From: Antedon mediterranea
Lineage: Eukaryota; Animalia; Echinodermata
Direction of reading: 5' to 3'
DNA: 64,000 bases
NCBI RefSeq assembly: GCF_964355755.1
Contig: NC_092670.1
Location: 11,828,795-11,892,794 of the forward strand
The number at the start of each line of letters is the position of its first letter. The first letter of the stretch is position 1. Both the position numbers and the translations under genes were made by a program. Shown here piece after piece: positions 11,854 through 24,780 of the stretch. Below the pieces are notes generated by a model that was not told the origin of the DNA, ran no database searches, and was given only the letters and a program-made list of their open reading frames with translations.

Positions 11854-14790
11854 AGTGGTTGATGGGGGACTGTGGCAACATTTTACAATTTTATCCTGTG
11901 AGTGGTGAATATGTGATACAACCAAGTGACGGAGGACCACAAATTAATGTGTACTGTGATATTAGGGAAGATGGAAATTGGACGGTAAGACAACAGTTAT
12001 CAAGAGTAAACCCATCTTTATTAATTATTCTATAACACACAAACAAAAACAAAATGTATCCATCATCATTACTATAAGGACTACCAGGGATCAGCATGGA
12101 CAGAAAACATTTATTATAGAGAACAATGTTAATGATTTGGGAGATAAGCCTTTACCAGCAACAGTGCGACGTTACAGAAAATTAAGTTGAAAGGCCAATG
12201 ATTTATACTAATGTTCCAAATCATGCATACTAAGCACCAAGAAACAACTTAAGTGTAGTCAAATGATACACTATTGACTTAGTGTACTTTAATCGTAATA
12301 ATACTGACCAGGTTCTCATTTCATTCAGTTCTATTTATGCTTGTTCAGTAAAGTAGGCTAGAGTATATATATAACTAAATCTTTTTATGATCAGGTGATA
12401 CAGAGAAGACAAGATGGATCAGTTGATTTCTACCGTAATTGGACAGAATACAAAGAGGGTTTTGGAAATGTGAACACAGAGTTCTGGCTTGGTAATGAAC
12501 AAATCAACCGTTTAACAGCTAATGGAAATTTTGAGCTAATGGTAGAAATGACAGATCACTTGAATGTAACAAAGTTTGCAAAATATTCCCAATTCCATGT
12601 TGGTACTGAGGACTCTAACTATGTTTTGACAATCAGTGGATACACAGGAACTGTAGGTTAGTATATTCAATCAATTTTATCTGAAGAAAGTAAACAAAGA
12701 ATTAACATTGATACTTTTAGCACTCCTACACTCTTTGTAAGTTGCAGTAAAAATAGTCTATGAACTACTCACATACTGCATGTTTTTCTTTTATTTATCA
12801 CATTTGAAGTGTATAATAAAATTAATGTTTAGAATTACAACTGCTTAAATAAATGATAAGGACATTGACTGGGACAGAACCTAAAACATGTACTGTACCC
12901 AAGGTTCCTAAAGTTTAGGGTAATAATTTGTAGCATGAAATAGAACATAGATAAATGAGGAACCCATGTTAAAATGTAATAGTATTATTATTCAAGTTGA
13001 CAATTTTCTAGTGTTTTCTAATCAATATAACTCTCCAGTGGGAACACGTTTGTTTAATGAATTTGTTTACATATTAATCTATTTGCAAATATTGTAGAAA
13101 ACATCAAGTAAAAAGATAGAAATCAAATTTCACCAAGGTATTTGGAACTTATTTAGGTTAGAAATGAAAGAAACTGATTTCAAATGAATACTGTAAATGG
13201 AAATATTTTCGCATACAGAATGATTCGCTTAACTACTTTCTTGACATTTTCGCGTATTGATATTTTCACAGATTTCATTTTAGTCTAGGCCTAAAGTAAA
13301 GTATAAAAGTGTCGACATGAGCTATCATATTAACATCCTATTATTATAGCTGAGGCCCATACAGTGGGCCTTAAGGTCTAGCCTACATTCCGTATTCACA
13401 GTACTACAGTAGTAAATTAAAAACAAATGTTTCTATATTTGTTTAATCCTTTTTATATTCACAAAACTTCCAATAAACTAACTGCAAAAGTATCTTGAAA
13501 ATATTCTTTTTTCAAACCAATAATTAGTTTTTACTAATTATTGGTTTGAAAAAAAGAATATTTTCAAGATACTTATACCTACAAACCAGATGAACATTTT
13601 CAATCATAACTGCAAAAGTGTCGAGCACTGCTGCAGTACTGAGACAGTACCGTAAGAATCTGTAGCTTTTTTCGGTTTGCATGTTGTTTACATTCAACCC
13701 AAAATCTGCGAAAATTAAACCATTGCAAAAATAACGGCATATAAAATGTACAGTGTATTATGCAACATACTAAAGCTGAAAAAAGTTGGACCAACGTTAA
13801 GAAAAGCTCCTAAAAACATCTGAAAAATAGAACAAAACAGTTATAATAATGATATTATAATCTAATCTATTATTATAATCTAAATTGTCTATAATGTAAA
13901 TTGTTGGATGGCCTTCCCACTTCAAAATTCTTTCTTATAGGCCTGAAACAAATCTAACAACATTAAAATGTTCAAATGCACTCATGGTACAACTTATCTA
14001 TTCTGTAATGGAACAACTCTCAAGGTCAAATGACATTTGATCATTTTACTTCAGCAACTACATTTGTTTTAATGTAGGCATTTATGAGGAAGTCGAGGCA
14101 ACAGTATGTGTATAATTAATATCCAAACAAGCTTGCTAAATAATTGCACAAACAGGTTAAAGAGTGAGTAAAATATAATTACTGCCAGTAACTGCAGAAT
14201 TATAGAATTTTCTACCCAAAACAATTTTTTTGGTAAAATCAGACAAAACACAGTGAAATTAAAAACAAATTAAATGTAATTAAATAATAAAAAATACTAT
14301 TTATAGACCTAAATTGTGTTTATGATTTAATGTATGGCAATTTGACAAAAAAAAATTAAATATGTTAATAAATTACAAATTATAGGATATTTTATTATTT
14401 CTATTTTCCCTTTTATATCAAATACCTTTTATTTTATTTTTAATACAAAGAAAAACAAATATTTAAAATGAATTTTAATTTAAAGATATATGAAGTAAAC
14501 TAAAGATGATACGTTTTGTTTGTTTAGGTGATTCTTTGGCATGGTACCACAATGGTGAACAATTTACAACCAAAGACAGAAACAATGATAGGAACAGTGG
14601 TAACTGTGCTGAGCTATACAAAGGTGCTTGGTGGTACAAAAGCTGTTATGATTGGTATGGTCTATCAAACCTGAATGGCCTTTACCTTACACCAGGTACA
14701 GATGATAACAGAGGCATCATCTGGTGGCATTTCCATAATAATAAAAACAGTCTCAAGAAGACAGTGATGATGGTTAAAAGAGCACCATAA
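11854..14790 (+). CDS. Fibrinogen-related domain (FReD) exons of gene 1 (11854-11984, 12395-12656, 14528-14790), ficolin/FIBCD1/tenascin-like
   Basis: Motifs VYCD...[27 protein letters not shown]...EFWLGN, then GDSL.YHNG..FTTKDRNND...NCA..YKGAWWY...SNLNG. Splice phases 1/0/1 are consistent. Stop TAA at 14788-14790. Confidence 0.92.
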
Positions 14791-17440
14791 GATAGTTGTC
14801 ATGATTCAAACATGAATGGCTTTACCTACACCAGATACAGTTGATTACAATGGCATCAACTTGTATACTTTTGATAGAGGCCTTAAGACAACAGTGATGA
14901 TGGTTAAGAGAGCAGCACAAAATAATCAGAATCTGTAATTATTGAATAATTTGACTTATGAATAGGCCTAATATATAGGAATAACGAAGATTCCTCTTTT
15001 GTTTCTTTTAGCTATTATCCATTTGGAATTATCATTAAATAATTGTATTGTTAAATAACAGCTCGTTATCTAATCCAAATGTTACAGAATTAATAATCGA
15101 ATATATTGTCATATCACTTGTGATTTGTTTAAACATTATTAGTATTTTAATTTATATAATAATATAAATATTATGTAAACTTTCATTAGGCATACAAAGA
15201 TTAATAACAGTTATTTTTTTAAATTTTATTATTATTTGAATTTATGCTATAACTACATATATAATAGTAACAATAATATTAATTGTTTTTAATTACAAAA
15301 TAACATTAAATTGATATTCAATCAGTGTATCCTTTCATTACTGATAAATTAGTAGTTTGTAAATCTAACTTTAGGAGTATGATTTTTAGTCTATATTGAA
15401 TCTTGTTTTAAAGTTATTAAAAATGAAATAAAAACATATAATGAATGTGTATGTATTTTTTAATGTAAAGATGGCTTTTTTAAAGATATTAACAATCACC
15501 ATGGTGGATATAATTAATAGGCACCACTAGCTCTTTTTTAGATATGTAATAAGTGAATGTTTTAAGGTTTTTTATTCATGTATGTTTTTAATTGTATGGT
15601 ACGATATCTAATTTTATTAAGATGTTTCTATTTTTATAGCAATTTTAACTAATTTTTAGTCATTTGTAATACATTTCATTTCAGTCCTTGACTGTCGTTT
15701 TGTAATATATTTTTATATACCGAATAAATAAAAAAAAAACAAAAAAACAAAAAAACTCCAACATTGGATCTTCATAATAATTGTTTTGGAAATTCACTAA
15801 AATTTACTTATTTATGCAAATACGAGGGGGTTTATTCAGATATGAATACAAACAATATACATACAAATATATTATTCACCAACTGTTCTAATACCACACA
15901 CGTGAGACCAAAGACGATCAATTATTAATAACATTCTTAGTGCATGTATAGAGGTAATTGGCAAGTTACTCGATGTTGGATGGAGATGAAATAAAAAATA
16001 AAAATGGCCTTCTATCAAATAAAGCGCGTCTTATTCTTCAATACATATCAACAATATAGATGGATATAACGTTTTAGTATCATTTTGATTTTCGATTTCG
16101 ATTCTTACTGTTTCAGTATATTTTATTTTATTCGTCATTATAATCAATGCATTAAAGAGAAAAACGAAATGCATCACCAAAGCGGTTACTAGGGAGAGAA
16201 TGTGAATTTATTAATTATCGCAAGAAGCTTTCTCAAATAATGTCGTCGTTATCACAGTTGTTCAGCTGTGACGTTTGACTACACGGCCCATCTGAATTGA
16301 AAGAAAGACAAACACCAGGTGCTGGAAAAAATAGTTATCAATCTATAGTTTCCCCTATGTTTTATATTTGTATATTAATATCAATCCATTACTTGTTGGT
16401 CAAGTTAGTGAAAACCAAACATGTATGATTTACCCTTCAAACTTGAAAATTTTGATACCATTAAGATTTTTGACTTGAAAGCTATGTAAGATATTGTTGC
16501 TGGAGAGAATCGACGTACCTATTTAAATAATATTTGTTTTGTCAGTCATCAAAATAGATTGATACAGCTAATTCAATATAGGAAAATAATTATGTGTTTG
16601 TTTAATTTATCTTCATCACATAATGAATTATACAGTTCGTAAATTCTATACTTATATATATAATTTATTGGAGATAAACACGTTTTCTTATGTTTTATGT
16701 CTCCTAAAAAAGAGTCGAGTTCATTTAATATTGGAAAATTGAACAAATTATTGATTGTAGTGGCCATAAATTTATATCTTGTGTTTACTACAGAATTGTT
16801 TATCCAGACTCCTGAAATTATTTATATTATTAAATATTTTAACTGGTCAGAGTTTTAAAGATGAGAAAAAGAAATGGCACAGAAATTCATGATTATCACA
16901 GCAAATGTACCACTTTTCTGTCTGGATTCAATTACATTTTTTAATATAATTTATGTTTTAATGTTTTTTTATGAGGAAGTGCATACAGAAAAAAAGAAAA
17001 GATTCGATTGGAATACGTAGGACTTGCAAATAAAAATTATAACTGGACACCCATTATGAATTGTTGCAGGTATTGAATCAGATCAGGTGCTTCTCAATAA
17101 AACAGAAATAAATTAAATATTTTTAGAAAGTAATCTGTATTTTAATTATTGTAATTTGAACACCAAAAAATGCGTCTAAAAAAAAAGAGCATGTATATCT
17201 TCATGATTTTTTATACATTATTATTTTATTTATTTTATTCAATCTCATTCAACAGCGGGAAACCCGCCCCTTAAAGAATGGAATAAAATATACAAGGGCT
17301 AGTGTTGCCCGAAAGCTCTGCTAACTTTTCTGGCTGTTTACTTTATCGTTTTGATTTAGCTTTTCGCTTTTTATTTTTGTATCTCCATTGAGATCCAGCC
17401 ACTGATACCCACAGCATTGTCATTTTTTTCAGTAATTTGC

Positions 17441-17482
<42 letters not shown>

Positions 17483-17770
17483 GTTCGGTTCAATGTAACC
17501 TTAAGACCTAAACATTACAAAGTTATACAATCTTATGTAAATCATATCTTACACTCAGCATGTTGATTGGTGCACACTGACATGTCTATTGATGTGGTTG
17601 GATAATGGAGTATCAACTCTGTTTTCATATACATATAAGATGAAAATATAGTTCGTACCACAATGTTAAGAAACTCATTCAGGCGTACGTCGAGCATTTG
17701 AAGACGAATTGTAGATTTTATTGGCACGATAACCGTTTCATTCGTCAATACATAATTCTAAAACGTCGCA

Positions 17771-20700
17771 ATGCTAACTTCAACTTTAATAATTTTCTTT
17801 CTTCTGCTCTTTGTTGTCGGTGATCTTTCGATCAATACATATGATTATACGGTTATCCTAGAGGGGCATGCTTTTGAAGGTTGGAGTTACGAGTTGAAGA
17901 ATATACACAAACTAAATTGTTTGCTGGAATGTTCCAAGAAATCTGATTGCTTGTCGGTTAACTATAACCAGAAGGATCGTGTTTGTCAAATCAATAAGCA
18001 AATACTGGAAACGTCATCAGTTGAAAACAACATAATTCAAGCGCCTGAATTTTGTTACATTGAAAGGAGTAAGTATACAATTTTGCAAACTTATTAAAGA
18101 TGTATTGTCCCTTGAAACACAAAAAAATGATGGTCAAAATATTCTAAATTTAAATTGGCCATATCAAAGTAATATTAAAGTTATTCACTTTAAGTCGAAA
18201 ATTCGAGCCAAAACAACAAGTTTACGTAAATAACAGGTAAATTAGTTTGATAACATTTCGTCTGGAAAATTGTCGCGAGCGAAAGTAAACAAAGATTTCA
18301 AACCACGAGTACGCATATTGCATATGCTAATTAGGATTATTTACAACTCGTCACAGTTGAGAAGGTATTTTCACACAGATCGTAAAGAAGTTTTATGAAA
18401 TATGCATACAGAGTAGCGAAACAAGCACGTTTCATTATGGGATATGTTTTGATGGAAAACTTTGACTGGAAGTCAAAGTTATTTTTTAAACAAAAAAACG
18501 TCTGTATTTTAGTTAAATGATTTTTTTTTCGACAAATTTTTGGTGATAGTTAATAACTATTATGATACTTCAAAATTACCCACCTTTTTTCGAAATCTTT
18601 AATTTTTTAATTTTTTGGGATTAGTCAAAGGGACAATACATGGATTCTTTATATAGAGGTTCACATCAATGTTGATTGGTAGTGATATTTTGTTGCTGTT
18701 GAATTTGCCTAGGAATTGTTCTCTTTATTTTCATATAAGTCAATAAAAAGTGTTCTTCAAAATGTTACAGTACATCTACAAGGATTGAATTAACCTACTA
18801 TAAATTCAGACCAAATGACTACATGAGGTGGTACTGCATGTTATATGCATATCTACCTAGTCCATGGGATTATCACCAAGGGATTCAGTTGTGCTTGATG
18901 GTCACCTGGAAACTAGTTTAAATTTTTGCAGAATTATAAATTACTATTACGGTACTTATTACTATTAAAATTACAAAATGTGCACATTAATGAATTGTAT
19001 TAGTTTTACAATTGAATATTGCATTTCCTCTAAAATAGATACAAACTATTTTTCCCAATAATATACCAGTGTGATCTTTTTTTTAAACAACAATCTTTTT
19101 TAATTTTTTTTATTTTAGAGAGTTTTATGAGGGACTGTGGTGACATTTTACAATATAATCCTTCTGCTAATGGTGGTGAATATGTGATACAACCAGGTGA
19201 TGGAGAACCAGAGATTACTGTTTACTGTGACATGAGGGAAGATGGAGGTTGGATGGTAAGTATACAGTAGGCAACAATTTATTCAAAGAAATTAGAAGTA
19301 CCGTTGATCCAACATCACTGCCACAGCTTACTAATTCATTACTAAAACAGTGCCAGGGACAGAAAACACTGATATGGCTTTAGAAGCATAAACATAACTG
19401 CGGAAACTTTCAGGTTGACAAATATGTTTTAGTTTTAACCGAAAGAGCGACCATTATATACTAATGTTCCAAAACTTGCATACTAAGAACCAACAAGCAA
19501 TTTATTATTACTGGCAGTTAGGTTCTCATTTCATTCATTGCTATTTACGCTAGTTGATGGGCCTGTCATCACTGTTTTAGTAAAGCTAAAGTAGAGTAGG
19601 CCTAAAGATTACTTTCTTTTCATTATCAGGTGATACAGAGAAGACAAGATGGATCAGTTGATTTCTACCGAAATTGGAAAGAATACAAAGAGGGTTTTGG
19701 AAACGTGAACACAGAGTTCTGGCTTGGTAATGAACAAATCAACCGTTTAACAGCTGATGGCGAATTTGAGCTATTGATAGAAATGACAGACCACTTGAAT
19801 GTAATGAAGATCGCAAGATATTCTCTCTTTCGTATTGGTACTGAGGACTCTAACTATGTTTTGACTATCAGTGGATACACAGGAACAGCAGGTTAGTATA
19901 TCTTTAATCAATTTAAACAAGCATATTGTAGGGTTTCTTATGCATTCTTAATCAGGTACAAAAGAAATAATTATAGAATCTTAATCTACCTAATGAAATA
20001 AAGTTATAATACCTTCTTATGTATTAAACAGGTGTTTTATTGATAATGGAAAAAAAAAGTTGGGTGGGGAACTGAAAATCCGTGTACCTTATAATGAACA
20101 GTCTATTTACTTGCATACTGCATGTTGTAATTTAAGTATAATAACTATGACCAATAAAACCTTTAAATGTAAGGTTTTAAAACTGGAGTTCCGTGTACAT
20201 ATCTGGCTCGTGTACACTCAAAAGAAACCAGATCATCTTTCAAGAGTGGGTGTAGGTGTTCTTATCTGATCCATTCAGACCCTGTCGTTGTGGGCAGACG
20301 AACGGGCACCGTTTGGTGGCAGCACACGACACGAAAAGACACTAAGGGGAGAAGAAAGTTATAGCATGTGTCGTCCACACTAGTTAGGCTACAAGTCAAG
20401 CCACATTTACATTTACATTTCACATTTATTACATTTACAAAATATAAACAAAAATATTTAAAATAAAACAACCATATGATATTATAACAGTTACGAGAAT
20501 TAAAACAATTTAAAATAAATAAAATAGAGAAACAAAAATAATATTTATAATTGCGTTATGATTTAAGTTATGGCATACAATTCTTTTACAGACAAATTTA
20601 AATTTAAATCAGTATAAAATAAATTACGAGTTGTAGGTTATAATTATAAAATTATAATATTCACTTTCATATATCTTTTTATTTATAATTCACAAACCGT

Positions 20701-21019
20701 ACAATTATTTAAAAATAAATGTGAATTTAAATATTTATAAAGTAAACTAGATTATCTAATATTTGTTTTTTTAGGTGATTCTTTGCAATCGTACCACAAT
20801 GGTCAACAATTTACAACGTATGATAGAGACAACGATAAGAGAAGCAGTAGTAACTGTGCTGAGTCTTATAAAGGTGCTTGGTGGTACAATGACTGTTATT
20901 ATTCAAACCTGAATGGGCTTTACCTTACACCAGGTACAAATGATAACACTGTCATCAACTGGTCTAATTTTAATAATGGCCTTAAGACAACAGTGATGAT
21001 GGTTAAAAGAGCAGCATAA
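17771..21019 (+). CDS. Secreted PAN/apple + fibrinogen-related domain protein, about 313 aa (exons 17771-18068, 19119-19255, 19630-19891, 20775-21019)
   Basis: Hydrophobic N-terminal signal peptide, PAN pattern [16 protein letters not shown]...CQIN, and three FReD exons paralogous to gene 1. Exon lengths sum to 942 nt in frame with canonical splice sites. Confidence 0.9.
18098..18641. mobile_element. Kolobok-like MITE in intron 1 of the PAN-FReD gene
   Basis: TTAA then AGATGTATTGTCCC at the left end and GGGACAATACAT at the right end. Closely similar to 26589-27133. Confidence 0.8.
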
Positions 21020-21343
21020 CAAAATAAGAATCTGTAATTATTGAATAATTTGACTTTTGTTTTTTAGCTATTATAGGCCTATACATTTGGAAATATCATT
21101 ACATAATTATATTATTAAATAATATAGCTAGTTATTTATTCTAAATGTTATAAATGAATAATAGTGATATTGTCATATCACTTGTTAATTATTAATTAAT
21201 ATAATATATTAATACGCTATTATATGTTTTAAATATATTAAAAATCAAACAAAACAACTCCAACATTGGATCTTCATAATAATTGTTTTTGGAAATCATA
21301 AATTTACTCATGCAAATATGAGGGAGTTTTATAAATTAAAAAT

Positions 21344-22788
21344 ACTAGATGGTACGCTCGCTTCGCTCGCGTACCATCTAGGTCGTGCCCACAGATGGTT
21401 CTCGAATACATAATAATTTCAGCGTTAAAAAACTGGCGATTTCAAATGTACGTACCGCAGGACAATAATACATGTCGTTTACAGGAACGAATAAATAGAC
21501 ACTGTGATTTATGTACTCAACTAAAATTAGCACCCTATTACTTCCGAAAGAGAAACTTGTCACAAAATAAGACCAATTGTTTAAGTCAAATTTAAACAAA
21601 CTTAATTTGTGTTTTGTATGTAACATTAGGGTTGAGGGATGGGGAAGAGGATGGGTGCAAAGAGGAACAATGTTAAAATATATTCTTTATCCATTTAGTA
21701 ACGAAATATTAATTGCTTTCATGTTTTACAAATAATATACCACTAAACACAGTAAAACATTGCGATGTAATACTTTGTTGAAACTATCACCGTCCTAGTC
21801 GATTGAAATAGTACAGCACATGTAACGATACATCACTACGACGTGTATATGTTTATAATATAATGTAAAACAATTTGTGAAAACCACCTCTATTCGGGGA
21901 AAATCATAAATTCGATTTAATCGTCAATAAATATTAAATTATCTAACTCAACTTAATTAGTAGGCCTAATGGTTTTCAATTGTTTCTTAGAGCCAATTCA
22001 TACTTAAGTTGGTTCCTACCCTACCCACCAAAGTTGTTCTGCGTTTAAGGCATGTGATGTACCGTAGGCCTATTCTCTACTGGTTTTACAACGCTACTCA
22101 TGCCAGTGAGGGAAAGGTGATGATGTGGGTGGTTTAACTGCAATAATAGAGATTTGTACATAATATACGGCGAGTGAAAACGCTAGCTCATTATCCGTTT
22201 AAAAAAAAATTATATCCAACCTCTGCAGCACAGATTAAAAACAAAAATGGATCGAATTTCGAGTATACAGTACTGTACTTGCCTTTACGACGCCTGAGGG
22301 AATAGACACTTGTGAAACAGAGATTGGAATGTTCCATTCATCGCAAATCAATACATTTGTATAATCGTATATTAAATCTATCAAAATAGTATTTTGTTAA
22401 GAAAATCGGCCTGTCTTCAACATTATGATGATGTACTCTAGCTGTTCAACCAGTTTTCAGCTATTAAAAACCATTATCGTAGGAGGAGATAGGAAAATGC
22501 GAAGCCTCCTCGTATTTTTGTGGCGGGTATTTTTCAAGATGGACATCCATTAGACAGTGTATACCACGATCGGAAAACACCCCTATTTGGGGCAAATCGT
22601 TGAACCTAAATTCGTTTTAATCGTCAATAACTAATTACCTAACTCAATTTAATTAGTAAACAGGGTTACATCAGATGGTTAAAATCAGTACCGAAAGTAT
22701 GAACCAACTTTATATACCATCGAGTAAAAATTCTAGAAATAAACCGAGATTTACCGAATTTTGCCCTTACGTAAATTTATATATAGAT
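21344..22788 (+). mobile_element. Helentron/HINE-like non-autonomous rolling-circle element
   Basis: 5' ACTAG with a 13-bp hairpin (CTAGATGGTACGC...GCGTACCATCTAG), 3' end TATATATAGAT and imperfect subterminal inverted repeats. Absent from the paralogous region downstream of gene 1 (about 15830-15875). Confidence 0.65.
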
Positions 22789-23884
22789 TATTCACCAACT
22801 GTCCCAATACTACACACGTGAGACCAAAGACGATCAATTATTAATTACATTCTTAGTGCATGTACAGAGGTAATTGGCGAGTTACTCGATGTTGGATGCA
22901 TATGAAATAAAACAAAATTAAATAAAATTGGCCTTCTATAACACAAAGCGCGTCTTATTCAATACATATATACTTTCAACAATATACTGTAGATGGATAT
23001 AACTTTAGTATCATTTCGATTTTTCGATTTCGATTTTTACTGTTTCATTATATTTTATTTTATTCGTGATTATAATCGATACATTAAACAAAAAAATCAC
23101 CAACTAGGAAGAGAATGTGAATTTATTTATTATCGCAATGTCGTCGTTATCAGAGCTGTAACGTTTGACTACACGATCCATCTGAATAGAAAAAAAGACA
23201 AACGCCAGGTGCGGGAAAACATTTCTATTGATCATACACTCCAATAGTTATCAATATAGCTTTCCCTTATGTTTCATATTTGTTGGAATTTTATTTCTGT
23301 CACATGATCTTGTTGAAAAAAGGCACTTTCTTATCAGTGGTGGTGGTGGGGTGGTTTGGGGGGGGGGGGGGATAGTTCACATTACACAGTGCTTGGTCTG
23401 GGAAAAGCGCTACATAGTACAACTTAATATTAGGCCTATATGAAAAAAAGATTTCATTTTCTACACTACGATATTATTATATTCCGAACTTCGTTTTCCT
23501 ACGTCCCATGTAGGCTAGCCTGAGTGGCCTATAACTAGCCAATAAAATTAAGTTTAAAAAAAAGGCCTAAAACTAAATTAATAATTTATTACATAGCGCC
23601 CTCTGTAGTTCTCTTTTTCGTCGCGCTGGCTACACATGTAAATAATAACACACAAGGGCTGCTAGGCCTGGGTTTTGGGGCGATTCTTTTTAATCGTATG
23701 TATAGCTAATATTAGGAGTGTATTTTCAATTAGGTCTTACAGAAAGAATCAGACCTCCTATACTAGACTACTGATTATTTTTCTTAGAGTACAAATTTTT
23801 AGTAAGTATAATTAATTACTAAACCTAGGCCAGGGGCCTAGACCAGGCCTATCTATATATAGCTTAGGCTAGGCGGATCCGGCT

Positions 23885-24780
23885 GCGATTTTTTTTTTCG
23901 TACATAAGTTGGGGACCCCTCATGAAACGTCACAAAATAAACATGAATAATTCATCAGTTAAATGTGTTGTTCCGCGTGCACCCAAGCGTATAGCAACAA
24001 GAAGCGATTACACAACTGCGATACGATACTTTCTACAGTAGGCCTAGGATTCTAAGTTAATTCACGCGATTGCCTTTGCGCACTCTTCTTCACACAAAAT
24101 GTGTCGAGTCGAGGCTAATCGACAGCTAGGCAAGACATTAAACTAAGTAGTAATTCATTGGACATAGCCCAAAGAAAGCTTAGACCCACAAGAATAAAGA
24201 ATGTGTATAATTTGTGTACTGTATTTTTTTTAATTCTGCTATTTTATTATCAAACAATGCATGTACTCAAAGGAACTTTAAAAATGCGCGTATTTTATGA
24301 ACACATGAGATGGGAAGATTAGACCCACGAGAATAAAAACTGTTTATTGTTTAATTTTGCTGACTTATTACTCGGATTGTGTCATACCTATAACACACAC
24401 ACACACACACACAGCTCTACTAGAATAGACATATGTTTAGAGACTAATAATTAGGCCTAGGCCTAATAGTATTAATAGAAACTATAATTTTAACACATAA
24501 TTCTTTAGTAATAAATTATATTAAAAACACTATCATAAACTAAAGGCTGATTGTTTCGACAATCCACACAAAACGCCGCTATTCTTCTATGAAATCGCAT
24601 GCACGCCGCAACAACAGCGCGGAGATAGGCCTAGAATCGTACCGCACTTGTGTAATCACTTCTTGTTGCTATACGCTTGGGTGCACACGGAACAAGAACA
24701 TTTAACTGATGAATTATTCATGTTTATTTTGTGACGTTTCATGAGGGGGTCCCCAACTTATGTACGAAAAAAAAAATCGC
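23885..24780. mobile_element. Mutator-like (MULE) non-autonomous element
   Basis: Inverted repeats of ~145 bp starting GCGATTTTT, flanked by a perfect 9-bp direct repeat GATCCGGCT (23876-23884 and 24781-24789). Confidence 0.85.

Noticed and set aside
16560-17220. Possible L1/Tx1-like 3' remnant on the minus strand
   Set aside because: Only faint peptide resemblance and too degenerate to support by eye.
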